Assembly (NCBI GenBank): GCA_037446155.1
Contig: JBBIJE010000008.1
Span: 94,049 to 158,048 of the forward strand
DNA: 64,000 nt
Direction of reading: 5' to 3'
Source of the DNA: Myxococcales bacterium
Lineage (GTDB): Bacteria; Desulfobacterota; Binatia; UTPRO1; JBBIJE01
Shown: in pieces, positions 33,416 through 42,847 of the stretch
How positions within the stretch are numbered: the stretch's first letter is position 1
Layout: each line of letters opens with the position of its first letter
Translations under genes and position numbers: made by a program
Notes under the pieces: generated by a model
Database searches by the model: none
Seen by the model: only the letters and a program-made list of their open reading frames with translations
Told to the model about the DNA's origin: nothing

Positions 33416-36400
33416 ATGCGAGGACAAGGTAGGACGACATTGGTCATCGGCGCCGTGGGTTTGCTGGCGCTATTTTTTGCGTCGGGTAAAGCCCTTGCCG
33501 ATCCGAGTTATTTCACTTCGCGGTGCGCGCTTTGCCATGCGGACGATACGCCGACTTGTGATGGGTGTCACGGGCACGTGGTTGGGGGCCTCAAGGCTGT
33601 GACCGACAAACAGCAATATTTACCTGGTGAGACGGTTACCGTGACTTTTCAGTCCTGGAATTGGGGCGGTTGGGTTAGGGCGGTCTTGTATGACGAGACG
33701 ATGACGGAAGTGGATCGGGTAACGGGTCCCACGGGGACTGGGGACGATGGTAGTGGGGATCCGAGTCTGTGGTTTCCGGTGGTTTTGAGTGCGCCTGCAC
33801 CTATGGCATCGGGGTTTTACACGTGGAGCGTTGGGTGGTTCGGGAGTCCTGGGACGCCAGGAGGTGCGTACCCGCACATCCAGGATGTGGTTTCCACGAA
33901 CCAGTTCGAGGTGACGACCTCCGGTAGCACCACTACCACGACCAGCACTACTACGACGAGCACCGCGAGCACGACGACGAGCACTGCAAGCACGACGACC
34001 AGCACGGCGACAACGACCTCGACCACGACGACTACGACATTGCCGCCTCCCGCTGCGGAGCTGGATCATTTCTTGTGTTACGCGACGAAGCTCAAGAAGC
34101 TGATTTCGGTAGATCTGAGCGACCAGTTCGATTCAGGAACCTACACCGGCAACGTAGCCAAACTCTTTTGCGCGCCCGCGGACAAGAATGGCGAGGGGAT
34201 CTCCGATCCGGATACGCATCTTCTGTCCTACAAAATCAAGGGCTTGCATGTGGGCCGGACGAATGTGGAGGTTTTGGATCAGTTCGGGACGTACGTCTAC
34301 GACACGAAGAAAACCGATAGCCTGATGATTCCGACGGCAAAGAGCATAGCTCCGGCTCCTCCGCCCGGCCCGCCGAATCCAGCGAGTTTGGTGGATCATT
34401 ACCGGTGTTTGAAGGTGAAGACGAGCGCTGGGACGCCCAAGTTTCCGAAGGACAAGAGCGTTCAGGTTGTGGATCAGTTCGGGGCCGCGCGGACCTTCTT
34501 CGTGAAGAAGCCCTCTCGGTTGTGTTTGCCTGTGGACAAGAACGGGGAGGGGATCAAGAACCCGGACATGCACCTCATGTGTTACAAGGGCAAGACGTCG
34601 GTTAGAACGTCTGCCGTTGGAGTGCAGATCAACAACCAGTTCGGTGCGGATACGATCGCGCTAAAGAAGGAGGCAGAGCTTTGCCTGCCAGCTCGAAAGA
34701 ACCCGCGGAAGGTAAATCCGGGAGACCCGGTGTTGGCGCCGGCTGCCGGGTACATCGGGTCTCCGACCTGCATGGAGTGCCACGAGGAAAAGTACTGGGG
34801 CTGGATCGACACGCTCCATCGGTTGCCGATTCGTGACACCAACGAGCCTGGGCTTACGGGCAAGGCTATCGTGGCGGACAGCGACGGTGACGGGACGGAC
34901 GACTTCAAGGAGGGAACGAATCTCGCAACCGCGCCAAACGCCACCCCATTTGCCGTGTACGGCTCCAACGCGCCGGTATTAGGGTTCGATCCCGGCCGGG
35001 TGGATCCGAACAGCGGAGCGATGGGGGTTTACACTATCACGATCGGGCCCATCACTTACGACATAACCCGCACGCACGGCGGAAACGGGTACTGGAAGCA
35101 ACGCTATCAGACCAGGATAGGTGACAGTTACTACTACCTGCCGGTTCAGTACAACGAGACCGCTAACGCATACGTCGTTTACAATGGCGGCGACTGGTAC
35201 GACGGCTCGAACAATCCGCGCTACACCAATCCTGCTACACTCGAGGCCGACATCGACAAGAGTCGTTCCTACGAGCGCAACTGTGCGGGATGTCACAACA
35301 CCGGCGTCGACGTCGAGGTGGATGGCGCCGGGCAGTGGGTGACAGGGTACGTGGAGCTCGGGATCGGCTGCGAGGACTGCCACGGGCCGGGTGAAACTCA
35401 TGCGGCGAGCATGGATCCCGCCGACATCATAAACCCGGGCAAGTTCGGGCCGTGCGACGGCGACCTGGTTGCGGGCGACGGCAACAAGGACGGTACCTGC
35501 AGGGAATCCGGCGTGCCTTGCGATGCGGTGGATTTACCATTCCCGGTGAACTCTCCTGATTGCCTGGCTTCTGCGAACGAAGTCTGCGGCCAGTGCCACG
35601 GCCGTGGGGCGAGCACCCTGGTGATGAACGGCAAGACGTTGGGCTACCCGGCCAAAGACGACGGTGCCGGCGGCTTCCAGGGGTTCGTACCGGGCAATAT
35701 CCTGGCAGACTTCTACGCCTTCACGACCTCGACCGGGGACTACTGGGGTTTGAACCAGGTGTTTGGCGGGGAAGGGCACACGGTTCCATCGAGCCCGAAC
35801 TCGTTCGTAGCCTCCAAGAGCCATCACCAACAGTACCTCGACTGGCTCATCAGCCCGCACGCGCCCGATAACTTCTACGACCCGACGTGCTTTAGCTGCC
35901 ACGACTCGCACGGAAGTGGTAACGAGCACAACATCGTGGAAAGCCTCGAGGAAGACGGGGTCGAGATTCCGACCAAGGTGGATGACAATAGTCTCTGCTT
36001 GGCTTGTCACGCGACTCACGGCCCCTTTGCGGGCGTGACCAAGGAGCAGGTGGCCGAGATCGGCTCGGGGACCACGCCGCCCGAGATCGTTGACGCCGTC
36101 CTCGACCACATGGCCGAGGAGGCCGGGATGGGTGGAGCCTACGATCCACTGGGATCCGGTGTGGGCCGCTGCACGAGCTGCCATCTGCCGCAGCTTGCGA
36201 AGTCGGCGGTAGGGGGCACGGATGCCGAGGGACACACCACGGGCGACGTTACCACTCACACCTTCACGATCATCTGGCCTAGCGTGAACGAGCGCCTGAC
36301 CGGAAGCGACAAGAGCATGAGCAACTCCTGTACCGGCTGCCACAGCACGGGCTCGCCACTCGGCATGGACGAGGAGCTCTTCGAGTGGGCCAAATCGGGC

Positions 36401-37330
36401 CACGCCGACTTGACCGCACGGCACTGGCGGTATGCGGCGGGCGAGGAGCGGGCGGCTTGCGTGCGGTGTCACTCGGGCAACGGGTTCGTCGATTTCCTCG
36501 CGGGGATCCCCGAGGGGGATCGGCGCACCGAGCCCAAGATGGTCACCTGCTACGCTTGTCACGACGGGACACCGGGCGACTTGCACCCGGTGCGCGCGGT
36601 GGCTTCGGTGACCTTCCCGTCGGGGTCGGTTATCACGGCGGGTGACGATGCCAAGATCTGCATGAACTGCCACCAGGGCAGGCAGAGCAAGAGCAGTGTG
36701 GACACGTACCTGCTGACCCACCCCGATCCGAGCCCGATCAACTTCGGCTCCGTCAACCCGCATTACTTCGCGGCTGCGGCGGTCTTCTTCGGCTCCTCGG
36801 TTAGCGGTATGTACCAGTACGACGGCAAGACCTATCTCGGTGAGTCACCCCACCGGCCGTTCAAGGGTTACTGTCTCGACTGCCACTTGAGCGAGACGCC
36901 CGGTAGCGACGACGTGGGCGGGCACACGATGGCGATGGTCGCCGACGGCCAGGAGAACACGGCAGGTTGCGGTTGCCACGCTTCTCAACCTGGCTTGGAT
37001 GCCTACAGGAACCCGTTTGGCGGAGCCGTGGACTACGACGGCGATGGGAACACCTCCGAGGGCATCAAGGGTGAGATCCAGACCATGATGGACGATCTCA
37101 TAGCGGCTCTGAACGCTGCCGGCATCACCTGCACCGACTCGTATCCGTACTGCTCGGGCTGGAACGGCACGACCGAGCAGCAGAAGAGCCAGCTCAAGGC
37201 CGCGTACAACTACCGGTTCTTGAAGACCGAGCATGGCGCTTATGCCCACAACGGGCTGTACGCGCTCCAGATCTTGCACGACTCGTATGCAGATTTGACG
37301 GGAGGCCCGCACGCAGGTGTAAGGCCCTAG
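33416..37330 (+). CDS. Giant secreted multidomain c-type cytochrome of 1304 aa. Order: N-terminal dihaem module, Thr/Ser-rich linker, four copies of a cysteine-containing repeat, then a C-terminal multihaem domain of about 12 haems, for about 14 CxxCH in total.
   Basis: RBS GAGGAGGAGG. Signal peptide LVIGAVGLLALFFASGKALA. CxxCH motifs are CALCH, CDGCH, CMECH, CAGCH, CEDCH, CGQCH, CFSCH, CLACH, CTSCH, CTGCH, CVRCH, CYACH, CMNCH and CLDCH. The linker is about 40 residues of S/T. Confidence 0.8.
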   Translation: MRGQGRTTLVIGAVGLLALFFASGKALADPSYFTSRCALCHADDTPTCDGCHGHVVGGLKAVTDKQQYLPGETVTVTFQSWNWGGWVRAVLYDETMTEVDRVTGPTGTGDDGSGDPSLWFPVVLSAPAPMASGFYTWSVGWFGSPGTPGGAYPHIQDVVSTNQFEVTTSGSTTTTTSTTTTSTASTTTSTASTTTSTATTTSTTTTTTLPPPAAELDHFLCYATKLKKLISVDLSDQFDSGTYTGNVAKLFCAPADKNGEGISDPDTHLLSYKIKGLHVGRTNVEVLDQFGTYVYDTKKTDSLMIPTAKSIAPAPPPGPPNPASLVDHYRCLKVKTSAGTPKFPKDKSVQVVDQFGAARTFFVKKPSRLCLPVDKNGEGIKNPDMHLMCYKGKTSVRTSAVGVQINNQFGADTIALKKEAELCLPARKNPRKVNPGDPVLAPAAGYIGSPTCMECHEEKYWGWIDTLHRLPIRDTNEPGLTGKAIVADSDGDGTDDFKEGTNLATAPNATPFAVYGSNAPVLGFDPGRVDPNSGAMGVYTITIGPITYDITRTHGGNGYWKQRYQTRIGDSYYYLPVQYNETANAYVVYNGGDWYDGSNNPRYTNPATLEADIDKSRSYERNCAGCHNTGVDVEVDGAGQWVTGYVELGIGCEDCHGPGETHAASMDPADIINPGKFGPCDGDLVAGDGNKDGTCRESGVPCDAVDLPFPVNSPDCLASANEVCGQCHGRGASTLVMNGKTLGYPAKDDGAGGFQGFVPGNILADFYAFTTSTGDYWGLNQVFGGEGHTVPSSPNSFVASKSHHQQYLDWLISPHAPDNFYDPTCFSCHDSHGSGNEHNIVESLEEDGVEIPTKVDDNSLCLACHATHGPFAGVTKEQVAEIGSGTTPPEIVDAVLDHMAEEAGMGGAYDPLGSGVGRCTSCHLPQLAKSAVGGTDAEGHTTGDVTTHTFTIIWPSVNERLTGSDKSMSNSCTGCHSTGSPLGMDEELFEWAKSGHADLTARHWRYAAGEERAACVRCHSGNGFVDFLAGIPEGDRRTEPKMVTCYACHDGTPGDLHPVRAVASVTFPSGSVITAGDDAKICMNCHQGRQSKSSVDTYLLTHPDPSPINFGSVNPHYFAAAAVFFGSSVSGMYQYDGKTYLGESPHRPFKGYCLDCHLSETPGSDDVGGHTMAMVADGQENTAGCGCHASQPGLDAYRNPFGGAVDYDGDGNTSEGIKGEIQTMMDDLIAALNAAGITCTDSYPYCSGWNGTTEQQKSQLKAAYNYRFLKTEHGAYAHNGLYALQILHDSYADLTGGPHAGVRP
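33915..34045 (+). repeat. Low-complexity ACC/ACG/AGC codon repeat encoding the Thr/Ser-rich linker inside the giant cytochrome gene.
   Basis: About 130 nt of imperfect triplet repeats (accaccacgaccagcactactacgacgagcacc...) encoding TSGSTTTTTSTTTTSTASTTTSTASTTTSTATTTSTTTTTT. Confidence 0.5.
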
Positions 37331-37388
37331 CTAAGCTACCTCTGCCCCCTTACGCCCCACGCAAAAGGGGGTTTGCACCGCTCGGTAG

Positions 37389-37420
37389 GACGGGCCCCGG
37401 AATCCCCTCCGGGGTCCGTC
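37389..37420 (+). terminator. Long GC-rich hairpin after the giant cytochrome gene with no clear U-tract (possible terminator).
   Basis: gacgggccccgga-atcccc-tccggggtccgtc forms a stem of about 13 bp with one wobble pair. It lies 59 bp after the stop. Confidence 0.35.
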
Positions 37421-37491
37421 CCCCTTCCTAAAGAGTAGCGCCGGAGACCGTTGCGCAGGAAAACGCAAGCTTTTCGAAGCCGGCGGCGCGC

Positions 37492-38706
37492 CTAGCCGAT
37501 GGCGTCGAGACCGGTTATGTCCCTGCCGACTATGAGCGTGTGCATGTCGTGGGTTCCCTCGTAGGTCTTTACCGTCTCGAGATTCATCATGTGGCGTATC
37601 ACCGGGTATTCGTTGACGATGCCGTTCGCCCCGAGGATGTCTCTGGCCAGGCGCGCTATCTCCAGCGCGTGCGCGACGTTATTGCGCTTGGCGAGCGAGA
37701 TCTGCTGCGGCCGCGCCAAACCCGCGTCCTTGAGCTTTCCCAGCCTCCAGGCCAGAAGCTGGCCCTTCGTGATCTCGGTTAGCATGTACACGAGTTTCTC
37801 CTGTACCAACTGGTACCCCGCTATCGGCCGCCCGAACTGTACCCTTTCCTTGGCGTAGGAAAGGGCCGTCTGGTAGCAGGTGATCGCCGCCCCGAGTGCC
37901 CCCCAGGCGATTCCGTAGCGTGCCTGGGAGAGGCAAGAGAGAGGAGCCTTGAGGCCCCTTGCCAGGGGAAGCCTGGCTGCTTGCGGTACTCTTACCTCCT
38001 CGAGGACGAGTTCGGAGGTGATCGAAGCGCGCAGCGAGAATTTCCCTCTTATGTCGGAGCTAGAAAAACCCGAAAGACCGCGCTCCACCAAGAATCCGAG
38101 GATTTCCCCGCTACTCTTGTCCTTCGCCCAAACGACCGAGACGTCGGCGATCGAACCATTGGTGATCCAGCGCTTGGTGCCATGGAGAACCCAGCCGTCC
38201 TCGGTCTCCACGGCGCTGGTTCGCATCCCGGCCGGGTTCGATCCGAAGTCGGGCTCGGTCAAGCCGAAACACCCGACGGCCCCTCCGCGCGCCAGCAAGG
38301 GGAGCCAGCGCTCCTTTTGTTCCTCGCTTCCGAACCGGTGGATTGCGTACATTACCAGTGAGCCCTGGACCGAGGCCATCGAGCGGAGCGCGCTGTCGCA
38401 CCCTTCGAGCTCCTGCATTATCAGCCCGTAGCTTATGTTATCGAGGCCGGGGCATCCGTATCCTGACAAGTTGGCGCCGAAAAGCCCGAGCTCTCCCATG
38501 CGCCCGATGAGATGGCGCGGGAAATCGCCCCGCGCGTGGTACTCCTCGATTATCGGCGCGCACTCGCGCTCCACGAAAGCCGCCACAGAGGAGCGCACGA
38601 GCTTTTCCTCCTCGCCCAGGAGCTCCTCCAGCCCGTAATAATCCACCCTGGACTGCATCGTCATAGTGGATCCCTCCCCATAATCTTTGCCTTCCGCTTG
38701 GTTCAA
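37492..38706 (-). CDS. Acyl-CoA dehydrogenase family protein (glutaryl-CoA dehydrogenase-like).
   Basis: Typical ACAD three-domain layout across 404 aa. Includes the FAD/CoA-binding motifs (G)CFGLTEPDFGSNPAGMRT and WITNG. Confidence 0.8.
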   Translation of the reverse strand: MNQAEGKDYGEGSTMTMQSRVDYYGLEELLGEEEKLVRSSVAAFVERECAPIIEEYHARGDFPRHLIGRMGELGLFGANLSGYGCPGLDNISYGLIMQELEGCDSALRSMASVQGSLVMYAIHRFGSEEQKERWLPLLARGGAVGCFGLTEPDFGSNPAGMRTSAVETEDGWVLHGTKRWITNGSIADVSVVWAKDKSSGEILGFLVERGLSGFSSSDIRGKFSLRASITSELVLEEVRVPQAARLPLARGLKAPLSCLSQARYGIAWGALGAAITCYQTALSYAKERVQFGRPIAGYQLVQEKLVYMLTEITKGQLLAWRLGKLKDAGLARPQQISLAKRNNVAHALEIARLARDILGANGIVNEYPVIRHMMNLETVKTYEGTHDMHTLIVGRDITGLDAIG

Positions 38707-38845
38707 GGTCGCTTAAGGTAGCCGCCCTTTGCCCAGGGGCGGCCTCTTGCAATTAGCATAAAAGGGGGTTATGTGTTTCTAAAAAAAGTCCCCGGGGTAT
38801 ATCAGGGGGGCTTATGAATGTGGATCCCTTGGTGCGTGGGAAGTC

Positions 38846-39724
38846 ATGCATTTAGAAACACTGGGGGTATTCTGCGACCTTATCGAGAGCGGCAGCTTCT
38901 CTATCGCCGCAACTCATAATTTCATCACCCAGTCGGCGGTGAGCCAACAGATCAGGGCGCTCGAGAATCGCTTCGATCGGAAGCTCGTGGAGCGCACGCG
39001 GGGAAGGATAAGGCCGACACCGGCTGGTGATATCTTATACCAGATCGCGAAGGAGATCATAACCCGCTACCGGGAGCTCGAGGACAAGCTCAACGCCTTC
39101 TCGAACGTGGTGACCGGCTCGGTAAGGCTAGCCACGGTGCACAGCGTCGGCCTCTATGAGCTTTCCGGGCCGCTCAAGAAATTCCTCAAGGCTTTCCCGC
39201 AAGTCAACGTGCACCTCCAGTATCGCCGGTCGAACATGATCATCGAGGAGATCCTGCGGGGAAACATCGACATCGGGATCGTCGCCTACCCGACGGCGCG
39301 CCCGCAGATCGGGGTAGTGCCGTTTCGCGAGGACAAGCTCGTGCTCGCCTGCCCGCCGGGGCACCACTTGGCGCGCTTTCGTCGCGTACCGCTCAAGAAG
39401 CTTGCCGGGGAAGCGTTCGTGGGCTACGAGCGTGACATCCCCACCCGCAAGGCCACGGATAGGATCCTCAGAAAGGCGGGGGTGCAGGTGCGCTACGTGA
39501 TGGAGCTCGACAACATCGAGACGATAAAGCGCGTGGTGGAGATCGGCACCGGGATCGCGATCGTGCCCGAGCCGGCTATCCGCCAGGAGGTGAAGAACCG
39601 AAGCCTGGTAGCGGTCCAGCTCGGCGACGAAGATTTCATTCGTCCCGTGGGTATCGTTCACAAGCAGGGCCGGGTATTCTCGCCGGCGGTGGAAAAATTC
39701 ATCGAGTTCCTGCGCAAGGGTTAG
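38846..39724 (+). CDS. LysR-family transcriptional regulator.
   Basis: N-terminal HTH SFSIAATHNFITQSAVSQQIRALE followed by a LysR substrate-binding domain. 292 aa. Confidence 0.8.
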   Translation: MHLETLGVFCDLIESGSFSIAATHNFITQSAVSQQIRALENRFDRKLVERTRGRIRPTPAGDILYQIAKEIITRYRELEDKLNAFSNVVTGSVRLATVHSVGLYELSGPLKKFLKAFPQVNVHLQYRRSNMIIEEILRGNIDIGIVAYPTARPQIGVVPFREDKLVLACPPGHHLARFRRVPLKKLAGEAFVGYERDIPTRKATDRILRKAGVQVRYVMELDNIETIKRVVEIGTGIAIVPEPAIRQEVKNRSLVAVQLGDEDFIRPVGIVHKQGRVFSPAVEKFIEFLRKG

Positions 39725-40665
39725 GTGCTAGCTACGGCCGGGATCACTTGCTCGGCGAAAAGCCGAAGAGTGTCCGGGTGGGCGCCGTCGCTGAACATCA
39801 GCGCAAAAAGGGTAACGCCCGCCGCCACCTTGCCCCGCAGCGTCTCGGCGACCCGGTCGGGCGTGCCCGCAACGGCCAGGTTGTTCAGGTCTGCGAAGCC
39901 GGCCCACGCCTGCTTGGCATCCGCCCATTTGGCTTCGAAATCTCTTCGGTCCCGCCCGAGCACGACCAGGCACTGCTCCGAGATCGTGATCTGGCTTATC
40001 TCCCTTCCCACCCGGCGGCAGTGACGCTCGAGGGCCTCTATCTTGCGCTCGATTTCAGGCGCGGCGTTCATGGGGCAGTTCCACCGGTCGGCATGGGTAG
40101 CCACGACTCTGAGCAAGAGCTTTTCTCCGGCGCCGCCCACCGTGATAGGAGGATGGGGCTTTTGCACGGGCTTGGGATCGTTGACGGCCTGCTCCAGGGA
40201 ATAATACTTCCCCTGAAAATCGGCGCGCTCTTGCGTAAACAGGCGTCGAATCACCTCTAGCCCTTCGTCGAGCTGCTCTATTCGCATCCTCGCGGAAGGG
40301 AAAACGTAGCCGTAGCCCCGGTACTCCTCCTCCATCCAGCCTGCTCCGAGTCCGAGCTCCAGCCGCCCTCCACTCACGCAATCGAGCGTCGATGCCATCT
40401 TGGCGACAAGCGCTGGGTTGCGAAAGGAATTGCAGAGGACGAGTGTGCCGAGTCGAAGGCGCTTGGTGGCAGGTGCCAGCGCACACAGCGTGCTCCAAAC
40501 CTCGAGATAGCTGCGATCGGGGAAACCGCGCATCCACATGTGGTCCGGAAGCCACAAGGAGTGAAAGCCCAACTCGTCCATGGCCTGGGCGCGCTCGCGG
40601 ACTTCCGAAAACGTCACGCCGACCGGCAAGAGGAACACACCAAAACTTGCCTGCTTCCCGTCCAT
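39721..40665 (-). CDS. Luciferase-like monooxygenase (LLM) family oxidoreductase, flavin- or F420-dependent.
   Basis: TIM-barrel LLM motifs FHSLWLPDHM and LGLGAGW. 314 aa. Confidence 0.7.
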   Translation of the reverse strand: MDGKQASFGVFLLPVGVTFSEVRERAQAMDELGFHSLWLPDHMWMRGFPDRSYLEVWSTLCALAPATKRLRLGTLVLCNSFRNPALVAKMASTLDCVSGGRLELGLGAGWMEEEYRGYGYVFPSARMRIEQLDEGLEVIRRLFTQERADFQGKYYSLEQAVNDPKPVQKPHPPITVGGAGEKLLLRVVATHADRWNCPMNAAPEIERKIEALERHCRRVGREISQITISEQCLVVLGRDRRDFEAKWADAKQAWAGFADLNNLAVAGTPDRVAETLRGKVAAGVTLFALMFSDGAHPDTLRLFAEQVIPAVAST

Positions 40666-40813
40666 CTCCCCCCGGCCCGCGCAATTAGATCACAGGACCG
40701 ACTTGGATGTGAAGAGGGCTGGCGTGATCTTTCCCGTCGCGATACTCTCGCTCGCGCCCGGGCTCTTCTCCCATTATAATCTAATGAGTTAGGTCCTTCG
40801 GGAAGGAGACGAA

Positions 40814-41899
40814 ATGGTTTCAGGAAATCGCAAGAGAGTGGCTGTCGTCGGTGCTACCGGTATAGCCGGCCAGCAGTTCTTGGTGGCCTTGGCGGGCCAC
40901 TCCTCCCTGGAAACGGCGGTGCTTGCCGCCTCGTCCCGCTCGGCCGGCCGAAGCTACGAGGACGCCCTGAGAGACCAGAAGACAGGCGCCATGCGCTGGT
41001 GGTGCGGGCAGGCGCCACCGGCGGATGTCTTGAAATTGCCGGTGGTTGATGCTACCGAGCTCGACCCAACCTCGGTCGATCTGGTCTTCTCTGCCGTGGA
41101 GAGCGACGCCGCAAGGGATCTCGAGCCTCGCTACGCGCGCCATGTCCCGGTCATAAGCACCGCTTCCGCTTTTCGGTATGAGGACGACGTGCCGCTGCTC
41201 ATACCCGGCGTCAATCTCGAGCATGCGCCGCTCATAGACCTGCAGCGGAAGAAGCGCGGCTGGCGGGGATTCATCGCTCCTATCCCCAACTGTACCACGA
41301 CCGGCCTGGCGATAGCGCTGAAGCCGCTCCAGCAGCGGTTCGGCGTAGAAAGGGTGGTGATGACCTCGATGCAGGGGATCTCCGGTGCGGGGCGCTCGCC
41401 TGGAGTGGTCGCGCTCGATATCGTGGACAACATCATCCCCTTCATTCCCGGCGAGGAAGAGAAGGTGGCGCGGGAGACCAAAAAGATCCTCGGTGTCTTG
41501 GCGGAGGGGGCGGTACGGCCGGCGGACATAGTGGTGAGCGCTACCTGCACGAGGGCTTGCGTCACCGAAGGGCACACAGAGTCGGTTTCGGTGGCTACCA
41601 GCAAACCCTGTCCCCCCGAAGAGGTGCGGGAGGCCATGCGGGGCTATGACGGCGGGTTACGGGGACTTTTCTCGGCACCGGAGCACCTTATTTTGGTGAA
41701 CGACGACCCCTTTCGGCCCCAGCCGCGCGTGGATCGGGACGCTGAAGGGGGGATGGCCACGACCGTCGGCAGGATCCGGCCGGACCCGGTGTGGGAGAAC
41801 GGCGTGCGCTTCTTGCTCGTTTCCCACAACACCAAGATGGGCGCGGCCAAGGGGGCCGTTTTGGTGGCGGAAGCGCTTTTGCGTGACGGCTATTTATAG
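40814..41899 (+). CDS. asd: Aspartate-semialdehyde dehydrogenase.
   Basis: VAVVGATGIAGQ NAD(P)-binding motif. Active-site cysteine in IPNCTTTGL. 361 aa. Confidence 0.85.
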   Translation: MVSGNRKRVAVVGATGIAGQQFLVALAGHSSLETAVLAASSRSAGRSYEDALRDQKTGAMRWWCGQAPPADVLKLPVVDATELDPTSVDLVFSAVESDAARDLEPRYARHVPVISTASAFRYEDDVPLLIPGVNLEHAPLIDLQRKKRGWRGFIAPIPNCTTTGLAIALKPLQQRFGVERVVMTSMQGISGAGRSPGVVALDIVDNIIPFIPGEEEKVARETKKILGVLAEGAVRPADIVVSATCTRACVTEGHTESVSVATSKPCPPEEVREAMRGYDGGLRGLFSAPEHLILVNDDPFRPQPRVDRDAEGGMATTVGRIRPDPVWENGVRFLLVSHNTKMGAAKGAVLVAEALLRDGYL

Positions 41900-41937
41900 G
41901 GGGCCGGCGGGGCAGGCGGCTGGCACAGGGCGGAGCG

Positions 41938-42774
41938 ATGGGTCGTTTGCGCAAGCGTATCGTGGATTTTCTGACTCGCGAGCTCACCAAGCCGCACGGG
42001 ACCTACCAGCGCACGGCACCCAACGACCTCGAGAATCTAAAGCAGGCCATAAAAAAGGGTGACGTCCTTCTGGTCGAAGGTGACCAGCGGGTAAGCGAAG
42101 TCATAAAATACCTCACCCAGAGTTCCTGGTCCCACTCGGCGATTTATATCGGCGACGAGCTGCTTCGGCGCTATCCGGAATTGAAGGAGCCCATCCTTCG
42201 GCAATTCGGTGAAGAGGCCCGCTATCTGATCGTCGAGGCGCTGGTGCACGAGGGAGTCACCGCATCGCCGCTTTCGAAGTACATCGACTTCAATATCCGT
42301 ATCTGCCGCCCCCACAATTTGCGGCGGGACGACCTCCAGCAGATCCTCGATGACGTGATCGCGCAGATCGGTGACCGGTACGACATAAAAAACTTGGTAG
42401 ATCTGGCCAGGTATTTCCTGCCCGTAACCCTGGTGCCCCGGCGCCTGCGCCGCAGCGCGCTGCAGTTCGCAAGCGGCCTGCCCACCCAGGTGATTTGCTC
42501 GAGTCTGATCGCCAAGGCCTTTCACAAGGTCGGCTACCCCATAATTCCGACGGTTACGGAGCAGGTGGAAGCGCGGGGCGCGGGGAGAAGAAGCTGGCGG
42601 GAACGCTTAGGACTTGGCGGCCGCAGCAAGCAACGGGCATGGCTCTTCCGAAAACGACCCGTGCGGCTCATTACGCCGCGGGACTTCGATTTGTCCCCTT
42701 ATTTCGAGGTGGTAAAGTTTAACTACCTCGCTGGAGCGGGTTTCGATTACAAGAAAATCCGCTGGGCTGACTGA
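41938..42774 (+). CDS. YiiX-family permuted papain-like hydrolase (putative).
   Basis: The region GDVLLVEGDQRVSEVIKYLTQSSWSHSAIYIGD resembles the conserved YiiX/DUF830 core, with candidate catalytic S/H/C residues in permuted order. Confidence 0.35.
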   Translation: MGRLRKRIVDFLTRELTKPHGTYQRTAPNDLENLKQAIKKGDVLLVEGDQRVSEVIKYLTQSSWSHSAIYIGDELLRRYPELKEPILRQFGEEARYLIVEALVHEGVTASPLSKYIDFNIRICRPHNLRRDDLQQILDDVIAQIGDRYDIKNLVDLARYFLPVTLVPRRLRRSALQFASGLPTQVICSSLIAKAFHKVGYPIIPTVTEQVEARGAGRRSWRERLGLGGRSKQRAWLFRKRPVRLITPRDFDLSPYFEVVKFNYLAGAGFDYKKIRWAD

Positions 42775-42847
42775 TCGGCGGACAAAAGACAAGTCACGAC
42801 CTGGGCGGCGGCGGTCCCCACAAATCTGTGTGGTTTCACTCACCCGC

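Noticed and set aside
35534-36763. 409-aa minus-strand ORF inside the giant cytochrome gene (also 34133..34573, 34979..35401, 36845..37312).
   Set aside because: It is antisense to a CxxCH-dense coding region and has no features of its own.
36961-36975. AGCGCH string in the giant cytochrome (CxCH).
   Set aside because: It is not a canonical CxxCH or CX3-4CH haem-attachment motif, so I did not count it as a haem site.
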